NCBI GenBank assembly: GCA_024405635.1
Contig: JAKSOL010000001.1
Span: 64,001-128,000 of the forward strand
Length of the DNA stretch: 64,000 bases
Direction: 5' to 3'
Origin: Salinivirgaceae bacterium
Lineage (GTDB): Bacteria; Bacteroidota; Bacteroidia; Bacteroidales; SZUA-534
The notes under the pieces: model-generated
What the model saw: only the letters and a program-made list of their open reading frames with translations
Told to the model about the DNA's origin: nothing
The model's database searches: none
Made by a program: the position numbers and the translations under genes
Shown here: positions 1 to 8,157 of the stretch, piece by piece
Numbering within the stretch: the stretch's first letter is position 1
Layout of the letters: each line of letters starts with the position of its first letter

Positions 1-2
1 CA

Positions 3-1025
3 TACGGAATCGGCATAGAAGTTCATGATAGCGCGAGGAATAAAGATGTCTTTATTCCTATGAAGGGACTGGAAAAAAATCAGCCAATACCAGCGGTTGG
101 AATCCGAAACGGCCTGAAAACTTCACGTCAGATTCGCCCTGGCATGACTGCAGACAGATTAGTTATTCCTATTTATCAAGGCGAATATAACGCTGAAGGT
201 ACAAGTGCCATATACAACGACCATGTGTTTGACGTTGAGATAACTGGCGATGATGTCCCTGCGCTTGTTCCTGCCAATAGCGATATCGACATCACTATCA
301 AAGTGGACAAATCACAGGGAATGCTTCTTGAAACCACATTCCCAGTTATCGGAGAGACCGTTGAAAAAATCATTGAGGTTAAACAAAGAAGTGGTGTAGA
401 TGCCAATGACCTGTCTTCAAGAATACGAGAAGCAAAGAGCAAATTAAGGGGTCTTAAGTCAAGCGGGATATCGGCAAGCGAAACATCAGAAGCAGAAGCT
501 GCACTAAACGATGTCGAAAATCGTTTTGATGGAGAAAAAAATTCCGAAGACGGAAAGATGCATTTGCTTGCAGACTTACGTCGTGCATTCTTAAAAATAG
601 AAGAAGTTGAGAATGCACATGAATGGGAATCCATAGAGAATCAGCTACGTGAAGAATTTGACAAACTTGAAAAGGCTAATAACGACCTTGGAAACAAATA
701 TGATTCACAGGTAGAAGACCTTCGCAAGCAGACAGATATAGCTATACGTCAAAAGAATGCTGATATGGGACGTCAAGTATTGAGTGATATTCGATCTGTA
801 TTTGTAGGGGTTACACTTATCTATCAGCTTGTCGGCTTTGTCCGCCACTATAGTTCGGACTTTAATCAGTACAAATGGAAAGACGCAAGCCGAGCTCGTC
901 GGCTACTCAACCAAGGAATGCAAATTATAGGAAATAATCCTAACGAAGGTGAGTTGCATCCTCTTGTATGTCAAGTGATAGAGTTGCTTGATGAACCAGA
1001 AAGTGAGAAGTTGAAGATAGGATAA
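3..1025 (+). CDS. Non-canonical Hsp70 (DnaK-like) family protein, C-terminal part (5' end outside window)
   Basis: Frame is open from position 3 (YGIGIEVHDS...). IPIYQGE and DITIKVDKS segments resemble the Hsp70 substrate-binding beta domain, followed by a long helical tail unlike canonical DnaK. Confidence 0.75.
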   Translation, partial: YGIGIEVHDSARNKDVFIPMKGLEKNQPIPAVGIRNGLKTSRQIRPGMTADRLVIPIYQGEYNAEGTSAIYNDHVFDVEITGDDVPALVPANSDIDITIKVDKSQGMLLETTFPVIGETVEKIIEVKQRSGVDANDLSSRIREAKSKLRGLKSSGISASETSEAEAALNDVENRFDGEKNSEDGKMHLLADLRRAFLKIEEVENAHEWESIENQLREEFDKLEKANNDLGNKYDSQVEDLRKQTDIAIRQKNADMGRQVLSDIRSVFVGVTLIYQLVGFVRHYSSDFNQYKWKDASRARRLLNQGMQIIGNNPNEGELHPLVCQVIELLDEPESEKLKIG

Positions 1026-1027
1026 TT

Positions 1028-1648
1028 ATGGCATTTTCAATACAACATCCAATACGAAGAATGATTAATCAAGAGGCCGATTATATTCGGTCTCTGATTT
1101 GTCGTTTCCCAGAACAACAAAAAGACTGGATAGATAAAATAGATTCTGAATTCAAGAAATTAGCTCAAACGGAATTTCCTAATGAAAGCGATTCTGCTTA
1201 TCAAATGTATAGATCTTATTCATCAGCTGCCTTGGACTCTTGCGAACTTGAAAAAGACATGTTCTATAAGTCAATGTTCTTGATGACATATATCTATTAT
1301 GAAAGCGCATTGAAAAAAATATTCGCAAAATCGAATGTCAACAAGTCTCTAGAGTATTATATCTCAACAAATCATCTTGAGCTTAAACAAGCTACATATT
1401 CAGATTATGAATTCGTAAAAAAGTATGCCAAGGCTCTCCGTGATCACTTATGTCATAATGGCTACGGTGAAGAATACAAAGTAGAAAAAATCACAAGCAA
1501 GCTAGCTGACTACCCTGAAGTGTCAATCAACGAAGATGGAGTTGTGACTATAACTGATTCAAAATTTATTCTTGATGTTTTGGGAAAAGAACAAAACATT
1601 TTGAATGAAATCGCAGAACGGTTAGGTTTTAAAAATAAAATAATATGA
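1028..1648 (+). CDS. Hypothetical protein with HEPN-like RxxxxH motif (putative RNase)
   Basis: 206 aa, appears helical. YYE92 in an N-terminal helix and R138-DHLC-H143-N motif. Starts 2 nt after the Hsp70 stop. Confidence 0.6.
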   Translation: MAFSIQHPIRRMINQEADYIRSLICRFPEQQKDWIDKIDSEFKKLAQTEFPNESDSAYQMYRSYSSAALDSCELEKDMFYKSMFLMTYIYYESALKKIFAKSNVNKSLEYYISTNHLELKQATYSDYEFVKKYAKALRDHLCHNGYGEEYKVEKITSKLADYPEVSINEDGVVTITDSKFILDVLGKEQNILNEIAERLGFKNKII

Positions 1649-2746
1649 ACAATAGGATCAAAATAACAAAATGGGCTTCTATAGCTGGATTGACATTCGC
1701 AATAGCTATGCCAATACTCGCAAGAATTGTCGATGGAGAAATATTATCTGACAGTCTGAAATACGCGAAGGGATTTGTAGTGGGATTTTTGGTCTTATTT
1801 TGGAGTGGAATTCTCATCTACGTGATGATAAAATCCAGACACAAAAAAATAGCATCCTTGAATATTGATGCAGACAAGGAGTTTGTTGCTAGTAACGATA
1901 TTCTATTTTCAATTAAGAACAACTACGACAATGTTAAAGGCTTGTTCTCGTCAAATACTACCAATACAAGCAAGAATACATATCAATTAATAGTTGTAGC
2001 CACAATAATAGTTGCTTGTGTGTTTGATTATTTTTCGTTCGTAATAGGGCCTAAAGTCTTGAAATCCTACATATACGACTGCCAAGTTGAACGCCAGAAG
2101 GAACAAATCAATTTGATGAAGGAACTCGCATTTGAAGACATTACCCAAGCAGACTCAATTGCAAGAAAACTTTTCAAGAAGACATATGAAAAAGGTGTGA
2201 TTGTAAACTTATACAAAGACAAAGTCGGAGATTGGTATCATGAAAACTGGGATTTATGTAACAATGTCGCATTTCAGATATTGCGTAATGCAGCTGAAAA
2301 AGGGGAGCACCAGTCACAATTCACTCTTGGGTGTGTTTATGCGGGTGCGAAGTTAGACGACCTGGTTGCGGACCAAGATTGGGACGGCAGTATCACGATT
2401 ATGAAGGAACCTATCGACCGAGCAAGAGCAGCATATTGGTATAAACAAGTAGCGGAAGGTGGTAATGTCAAAGCTATGTGGAATCTTGCAGATGCATAAG
2501 TTAGAGGTATGGGAGTTCCTATGAATAAAGAGAAAGGGGTGGACTGGATAAAAAAAAGCGGCCAATATTGGCGAGAAAAAAAGTCAGAATTTTTTAGGTA
2601 ATCTATAAGAAATTGGTGTTAGGTCATCATATTATGATGACTGGCTTTTGCCACGTGATATTGAGCGCGCAAAATATTGGTGGAGAAAAGCAACAGAACA
2701 AGGTGATGAAGCTGCAAAAAAAAAAATGGAAAATATTTACGAATAA
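1645..2746 (+). pseudogene. Membrane-anchored Sel1-repeat protein, disrupted at its 3' end
   Basis: ORF 1645-2499 has about 3 TM segments and Sel1 motifs (QFTLGCVY, AAYWYKQVAEGGNVKA). Sel1 sequence continues past TAA 2497, a +1 shift in A8 (2550-2557) and TAA 2606 to ...AKYWWRKATEQGDEAAKKKMENIYE* at 2746. Confidence 0.75.
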
Positions 2747-2752
2747 ACTCCT

Positions 2753-4510
2753 ATGCTACCGAAAAAAGAACACATAGCAAACTACACAATAACCTTCCCT
2801 TGTAAGGAGGGTGCTTACGCTGAAACATACAGGGTAAAGGGTGCTGATGGTAAAAACTATTTCTTGAAACTTATCAATTGCTCAAAACTAAACCGAAGAC
2901 AATTTGATAACTGCGGGAATATAGTTGAAGTTGACATTGCAAAACAACTGCATCATGACAATATCACTTCATATCATGATAGCGGAGAGATAATATTGAA
3001 TAACAAGCGATATGCATACATTGTTTTCGACTTCATCAGTGGTGAGACTGTTGCGGAGAAGGTGACTCGCGAACAAAGATGTTCTGTATATGATGCTAAG
3101 CAAATTGTTCTTGGTGTTCTTAACGGATTAAAATATCTTCATTCGTTACAAAGACCTGTTATCCATAATGAACTGACCATACAAAATGTCATGCTTGACA
3201 TGACGAGCGGAATACCAGTAGCGAAGATGATTGACTTTGGTTATGCCAGATATATGGATATGGGTATCAGTGCATTTGACAAAGATGGGTTGAATCTATT
3301 CTACGTTGCCCCAGAAGCACTGAATGGCGATTATTCTGTTAGGTCGGATTTGTTTTCTGTAGGAGTTATGCTTTATCATCTCCTGTATGGAATGTTGCCA
3401 TATCACGTAGACTTATCTGATTGTTCCAACATGTCTGAAAAACTTGATGCAATATTAGAAGCAAGACAAAGACCATTGCGAATACCGGACATCGATATAT
3501 TTGAGCTTGACGAGCAACTGCTGAATATTATATCAAAAGCGTTATCAATAAATGTCGATGACAGATTCCAATCGGCAGACGAGTTCATAAAGGCTCTCAA
3601 TGGAGAAATTACGGTAGAGGTTAGCAAACGAGAAAGTCCAACACAAAGAATCACTAAAGAGCAACAACAAATCAATATAAAAAAAGGCAATGGGTTTGCT
3701 GATGTGGCAGGTATGACAGAGTTGAAGAACCAATTACAATCTGACGTTATTGATTTGCTCCAGGACCCAGAGCAGGCGAAGTCACTAGGGATATCCATTC
3801 CCAATGGTCTGCTATTTTACGGACCTCCAGGATGTGGGAAAACATTCTTTGCAGAAAAATTTGCAGAAGAGATTGGTTGCAATTATCAATATGTAAAATG
3901 CTCAGATATTGCATCTCCTTTCATTCATGGAGGGCAGGATAAGATTGCCGCAGTCTTCGACAACGCAAGAAAAAATGCGCCAACGATTCTATTCTTTGAT
4001 GAGATTGATGCCATGATAAAGGATAGGCGTAAGCAAAACAACGTCAGTGAAGCTGGCGAAGTAAATGAATTCTTGACACAGCTTAATAATTGTGGACATG
4101 ATGGCGTTCTTGTTATTGGTGCTACAAACAGGCCTGGCGAAATTGATGAAGCTGCACTACGTGCCGGTAGATTAGAATTGAAGTACTACATTCCATTACC
4201 CGACAAATCTACTCGAGAAAAGATGTTTGAAATTGAACTAAGTCATCGAAAGGTGGATTTTGGCATTGACTACGAGAAATTGGCAGAAATGACAGATGGA
4301 TACATTTCTGCTGATATCAGATTGATTGTTGACACTTCGGCAAGAATGGCATTTAGACAAAAAACTAAAATCACAGAACTTATGTTGATGGAGGCGATAA
4401 AAAACACTAAGCCTAGCTTGACGAAAGAATCTGTGGAGGAACACGAAAACATCAGAAGATATTTTGAAGGTGATGTTCCACAACAAACAAGGAAGAAAGT
4501 AGGATTTTAA
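2753..4510 (+). CDS. Ser/Thr protein kinase-like domain fused to a CDC48-type AAA+ ATPase
   Basis: Kinase motifs FLK, HNELTIQN, DFG, APE and SDLFSVG. AAA motifs GPPGCGKT (Walker A), FFDEID (Walker B) and ATNRPGEIDEAALRAGR (second region of homology). C-terminal KKVGF. Confidence 0.9.
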   Translation: MLPKKEHIANYTITFPCKEGAYAETYRVKGADGKNYFLKLINCSKLNRRQFDNCGNIVEVDIAKQLHHDNITSYHDSGEIILNNKRYAYIVFDFISGETVAEKVTREQRCSVYDAKQIVLGVLNGLKYLHSLQRPVIHNELTIQNVMLDMTSGIPVAKMIDFGYARYMDMGISAFDKDGLNLFYVAPEALNGDYSVRSDLFSVGVMLYHLLYGMLPYHVDLSDCSNMSEKLDAILEARQRPLRIPDIDIFELDEQLLNIISKALSINVDDRFQSADEFIKALNGEITVEVSKRESPTQRITKEQQQINIKKGNGFADVAGMTELKNQLQSDVIDLLQDPEQAKSLGISIPNGLLFYGPPGCGKTFFAEKFAEEIGCNYQYVKCSDIASPFIHGGQDKIAAVFDNARKNAPTILFFDEIDAMIKDRRKQNNVSEAGEVNEFLTQLNNCGHDGVLVIGATNRPGEIDEAALRAGRLELKYYIPLPDKSTREKMFEIELSHRKVDFGIDYEKLAEMTDGYISADIRLIVDTSARMAFRQKTKITELMLMEAIKNTKPSLTKESVEEHENIRRYFEGDVPQQTRKKVGF

Positions 4511-4521
4511 TACTAAAAAAC

Positions 4522-5013
4522 ATGGAAATAAATGAATTATATCTTAGGACTGCTTTTGCTTGCATGTCTAGTGACGGCGACATAGCAAAAGAAGAAGTTG
4601 CGCTCATAGAAAAAATGAATAATGAGGACCATCTTTTTGGCGATATCAATCTAACTCAAAGGTTAGAGGTGTTGCTTACAGAGATAAACGAACAAGGGTT
4701 GGGTTTCATGAAAAAATTCATAGACGAATTGTCAAAACAAAACCTATCCATCGAGGAAGAATTACAACTTCTAACAATAGCAGCAAAGACAATATATGCT
4801 GATAACAAAGTAGAATATAGCGAGGTGAAGTTTTTTAAGTTGATAAGATCTTGTCTTAAGAAAGTTGATAATCAAACTATCCTTAATTCAATCGAAGAAA
4901 TTGATGAAAATTGGGTAGAAGAAGATATTGTTTGCGATAATGATTTATTGTATGTTTCATATAGCAAAAATGTTGAGATGAAGCTTTTTGATTTGAGTGT
5001 AATAAATAATTAG
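4522..5013 (+). CDS. TerB-like (tellurite resistance family) protein
   Basis: Duplicated TerB signatures MSSDGDIAKEE and IYADNKVEYSE. Confidence 0.75.
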   Translation: MEINELYLRTAFACMSSDGDIAKEEVALIEKMNNEDHLFGDINLTQRLEVLLTEINEQGLGFMKKFIDELSKQNLSIEEELQLLTIAAKTIYADNKVEYSEVKFFKLIRSCLKKVDNQTILNSIEEIDENWVEEDIVCDNDLLYVSYSKNVEMKLFDLSVINN

Positions 5014-5034
5014 AGCGCTACTTGACATCTCTCA

Positions 5035-5061
5035 ACTCATTATTAAATGAGTGATTTTTTT
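5035..5061 (+). terminator. Probable intrinsic terminator at the end of the accessory operon
   Basis: actcat-tattaa-atgagt hairpin followed by a T run. Confidence 0.5.
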
Positions 5062-5067
5062 ATTAAT

Positions 5068-5763
5068 TTACTTCACTTTAAGCGATTTAAGTAGTTCCTT
5101 TTGTTCGGGTGTAATTCGGTAGCTTTCAATTGCTTTTTGTATCGATTTGTTGTGAACCCAAACAGGCAGTTTTTGGCTTGTAATGATTGGCAAGGTTGAA
5201 TCCCATTGTTTGGCTAAAGCTGTTGCAAAGTACCAAGCTTGAGCCATTTGTACGTAGAATTCGGTGTTGGAAACAGCAACAACGCGTTGTAAGTATTCGG
5301 GCTTAAACACTGGCGCATCAAGATAAAAATCCATAAGCATAACAATGCCAAAGCGAACCGAGTAAGTATGCTCCGAGTGTAGCCAACAATCAATATGTTG
5401 AATAAAATGGTTGGTGTTGCGCTTAATAACTTTTGGCGATAGACTGTCGCAAACTGCCCAATTATCGATGTATGGTACCCAGCGCTCAAGTTCGTTAACC
5501 ACGGTTTGGTAGTCTTTGCAACAACATATTAGATAGTCGTGCAGCATGTTTTCTTCGTGAAATGAGTGGGGCAGTTGTTGCATAAAAGCCAAAGACTCGT
5601 TTGTGCCTGCAAGTTGTTTTGCCAATGTGCGAATGTCGGGATTGCGAACGCCAATGAACAACTCGGTTGGCAGTTTTATAATTTTTGCTTGAAATTGCCG
5701 AAATGCAGCAAGTTTTTGTGTGTCGGAGTCGCAAAGCGCACGTAGTTGGTCAATTATTTCCAT
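5068..5763 (-). CDS. DNA alkylation repair protein (AlkD-like HEAT-repeat family)
   Basis: IGVRNPDIR, IDNWAVCD and YVQMAQAWYFATALAKQWD motifs. ATG at 5763 lies just after the upstream stop. Confidence 0.85.
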   Translation of the reverse strand: MEIIDQLRALCDSDTQKLAAFRQFQAKIIKLPTELFIGVRNPDIRTLAKQLAGTNESLAFMQQLPHSFHEENMLHDYLICCCKDYQTVVNELERWVPYIDNWAVCDSLSPKVIKRNTNHFIQHIDCWLHSEHTYSVRFGIVMLMDFYLDAPVFKPEYLQRVVAVSNTEFYVQMAQAWYFATALAKQWDSTLPIITSQKLPVWVHNKSIQKAIESYRITPEQKELLKSLKVK

Positions 5764-5764
5764 T

Positions 5765-6067
5765 TTATTCAATTGTTTCAATTAAAAAACTAACAGGGCG
5801 AAAACCATCGTTACACGAAATCATTGCCGAATGTGGATTTTGCATCCAACCGTTGTAAAAATTGCCGCCACCGATGGCCAATTCGGTAACAAATTCAACC
5901 ATCGATTGCCATGCGCTGTCGCACATGTTGGTTGGGCGTTGGGCATTGTGGCTTATAAAAGTTTGACCTAACACCATGTCGCATGTGTGTTCAATTGGGT
6001 TTTCGTATTGGGCCATTAAGTCGCTATAGTTGGCCATTCGCATTACTGTAATTCGTACGTCTTTCAT
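5765..6067 (-). CDS. TIGR04076 family protein
   Basis: CDSAW and ISCNDGFRPVSF motifs. Confidence 0.8.
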   Translation of the reverse strand: MKDVRITVMRMANYSDLMAQYENPIEHTCDMVLGQTFISHNAQRPTNMCDSAWQSMVEFVTELAIGGGNFYNGWMQNPHSAMISCNDGFRPVSFLIETIE

Positions 6068-6426
6068 CTTTTCATTTTGTAAAGTTCGGCCAGTTGAGTC
6101 TGGCTAAGTTTGTGTAACACAAGGTTGTGCGCGTGCTCAATTAGTTCGGTTACAAGTGCGTTGTTTATGTCGGTTCCATTAAGGTCAATTTGAATCCAGT
6201 GGCGTTTGTTTAAGTGCCATGCGGGTTGAATTGAAGTGTGGGAGGCTCGCAGTTCTTCCGATAATTCGGGGGCGCATTTGAGCGATAGTTGTTCGTTGCG
6301 CATCAGCATCATAAGTGCAAATATTTTTCCTCCTACACGAAAGGCTATAGCGTCGTCGCCAAATGGCATGTCTTCGGTGGCGTATGGTTGACTGATGCAA
6401 AGGTCGTGTGCCTCTTCAATATTCAT
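6064..6426 (-). CDS. MmcQ/YjbR family DNA-binding protein
   Basis: EDMPFG, FRVGGKIFA, LKCAPE and PAWHLNKRHW motifs. Confidence 0.9.
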   Translation of the reverse strand: MNIEEAHDLCISQPYATEDMPFGDDAIAFRVGGKIFALMMLMRNEQLSLKCAPELSEELRASHTSIQPAWHLNKRHWIQIDLNGTDINNALVTELIEHAHNLVLHKLSQTQLAELYKMKR

Positions 6427-6448
6427 AGTTGGTGTTTTTTTTGGGTGG

Positions 6449-6456
6449 CAAATATA
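6449..6456 (-). promoter_or_regulatory. Bacteroidota -7 promoter element (TAnnTTTG) for the mmcQ operon
   Basis: tatatttg on the minus strand, 22 nt before the start codon. Confidence 0.55.
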
Positions 6457-6629
6457 TCGAATTTGAAAGGCAAATTTTGTTGTGTCCGATGCTGTGTGGT
6501 CAAGTTGCGATGGTGGTTATACCGTAATATTATTTTGATATAAACGGTTGAAAATGTGCAATAAATGTTTGGTTTCGGCAACTGATTATCAGTGTTTTAT
6601 TGGTACCGATGCAATATATTTGGAGTGCT

Positions 6630-7019
6630 ATGAAGAGGGAACTGTTTACATATTTGCGATGCTTTTTTATGGCCATTATGGTTGGTTTGGTGGCAACTCC
6701 ATTGCTACGGCACTCGCTGAGTTCAATTGACCAACAAATGACCGATTGTTTGCCCGAGCAATGCGCAGTTTGTGCAACTCTTGCAACCACTGTTGATGTT
6801 GAATTGGTTGGCGAGTGTGTTAGCGGTGTGCAATTTGCATTTCGAAATGTAAAAACGGTTGAATCTGAAGTAGTTGATAAAACACGCCATGTTGAGGCAA
6901 ATAGTTTTGCTCAGTTTGCAGCAGCCAACAAACTCTTGTCAAACATTGGCGCGCATCATATAGTACAATGTCGCGCCTGCGACTATTATGTTTACACATT
7001 GCGCAAGTTGCTCATTTAG
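6630..7019 (+). CDS. Hypothetical protein with N-terminal hydrophobic segment
   Basis: ATG 6630 follows a tatatttg promoter motif (6615-6622). Ends YYVYTLRKLLI. Confidence 0.6.
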   Translation: MKRELFTYLRCFFMAIMVGLVATPLLRHSLSSIDQQMTDCLPEQCAVCATLATTVDVELVGECVSGVQFAFRNVKTVESEVVDKTRHVEANSFAQFAAANKLLSNIGAHHIVQCRACDYYVYTLRKLLI

Positions 7020-7122
7020 CAAATAACAATCTGCTTGGCATGCCACAAAGCAACCAATGTAAAAATTGGTGTGCTGTGCATGTATGTGTCTGATTGTTAA
7101 TTTGTTAAAAAAGAGAATTGTT

Positions 7123-7458
7123 ATGCGCAAAACTATATTTTACATCATTTTTGGCATTGTGGTGCTACTTACAATTGGTGTGTTTGCTTTTGGCAACAAT
7201 TTCGGTTCAATTGTAAGCGGCGATGCTATGTCGCTAAACAACAATGCTTTGCTAACGTTTAGCAAACCTATTTTAATTACAATATTGTTGTTTATGCTGG
7301 CAATTATGTTGTCGATTGGCACTGCTGAAAACAAGCGACCTAGGCGTGTGTTGTCGCCACAATCGGAGTTGAGGTTGCGTAGGCTATTTAGGCATAGGGG
7401 TAGATTAAAATCTGCTGTTCCACGCAATTCGCGCCACACACAAATATCTAGAGTCTAA
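7123..7458 (+). CDS. Hypothetical two-TM membrane protein with basic tail
   Basis: Two hydrophobic stretches and an Arg-rich C-terminus. Confidence 0.6.
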   Translation: MRKTIFYIIFGIVVLLTIGVFAFGNNFGSIVSGDAMSLNNNALLTFSKPILITILLFMLAIMLSIGTAENKRPRRVLSPQSELRLRRLFRHRGRLKSAVPRNSRHTQISRV

Positions 7459-7495
7459 ACTTGTTTTTATTAAAATCGGTAAATGCTATTGTGTT

Positions 7496-7951
7496 ATGAA
7501 TCAGAATGTTATAATACGAAAAATTTCGGTTGGCAACTTGCTGGCAAACTCAACATTTGTAATTGTTTGTGTGTTTTTTGCATTTGTGTTGCACCAAAAT
7601 CGATTGCAGATGAACTATGCCATTTATGCTTTTTTGGTGATTGCCGATGCTTTGCTACTTATTGTGGCATTGTATGGGGTTATTGTTTTTAGTACCAACG
7701 AAATACATGCCGAGAGTGGCGAACAAATTGTGCGCGAGCGCTTTTATTGTCGCACCGATGGTTGCACAGTTGAATCGTTGCTCAACATGTTGCGAAATTG
7801 GGATTTGAGTTCGTTGTTTAAATTAAAAACAACCCAAGTGTCGGGCTACGATGTTGAAATTACATATACCAAAGGTGGAGAATATCGAGCCTATTCAGTG
7901 TTTGTGTTCTGCAATTTTAGGTACAAGTGTGTCGAAAGTGCCGAATTGTAG
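7496..7951 (+). CDS. Hypothetical two-TM membrane protein
   Basis: 151-aa ORF with two hydrophobic stretches, followed by a terminator. Confidence 0.6.
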   Translation: MNQNVIIRKISVGNLLANSTFVIVCVFFAFVLHQNRLQMNYAIYAFLVIADALLLIVALYGVIVFSTNEIHAESGEQIVRERFYCRTDGCTVESLLNMLRNWDLSSLFKLKTTQVSGYDVEITYTKGGEYRAYSVFVFCNFRYKCVESAEL

Positions 7952-7979
7952 GCGATGTGTATTGTTGTTTTTAGCGTGG

Positions 7980-8012
7980 GGGAGGGTCAACATCAGTTGG
8001 CTCTCCCTTTTT
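7980..8012 (+). terminator. Intrinsic terminator
   Basis: gggagggtcaac-atca-gttggctctccc followed by a T run. Confidence 0.7.
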
Positions 8013-8027
8013 GGGGAGGCAAGTGCA

Positions 8028-8060
8028 TAAAAAAAGCACCACATTTTTAGGTGTGGTGCT
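8028..8060 (-). terminator. Intrinsic terminator of the RND efflux operon
   Basis: agcaccaca...tgtggtgct stem with an A run on the left (U tail on the minus strand). Confidence 0.75.
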
Positions 8061-8086
8061 AACAAAAAACAAACAATTAATCATTT

Positions 8087-8144
8087 CCCCCTATAGTCCC
8101 TGAGAAAAGAGGACTGAATTGTATGGAGATAGGGGGTGCTCCAT
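8087..8144 (-). other. Putative three-stem pseudoknot element in the 3' UTR of the efflux operon
   Basis: Minus strand has crossing perfect stems atggag/ctccat and ccccctat/ataggggg, with a nested agtcc/ggact hairpin. Confidence 0.4.
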
Positions 8145-8157
8145 TTTATTTTTAGAA

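Noticed and set aside
2497-2608. TAA reassigned to Tyr (alternative genetic code)
   Set aside because: Neighbouring genes end normally in TAA, and the same segment also has a frameshift, so decay or sequencing error is simpler.
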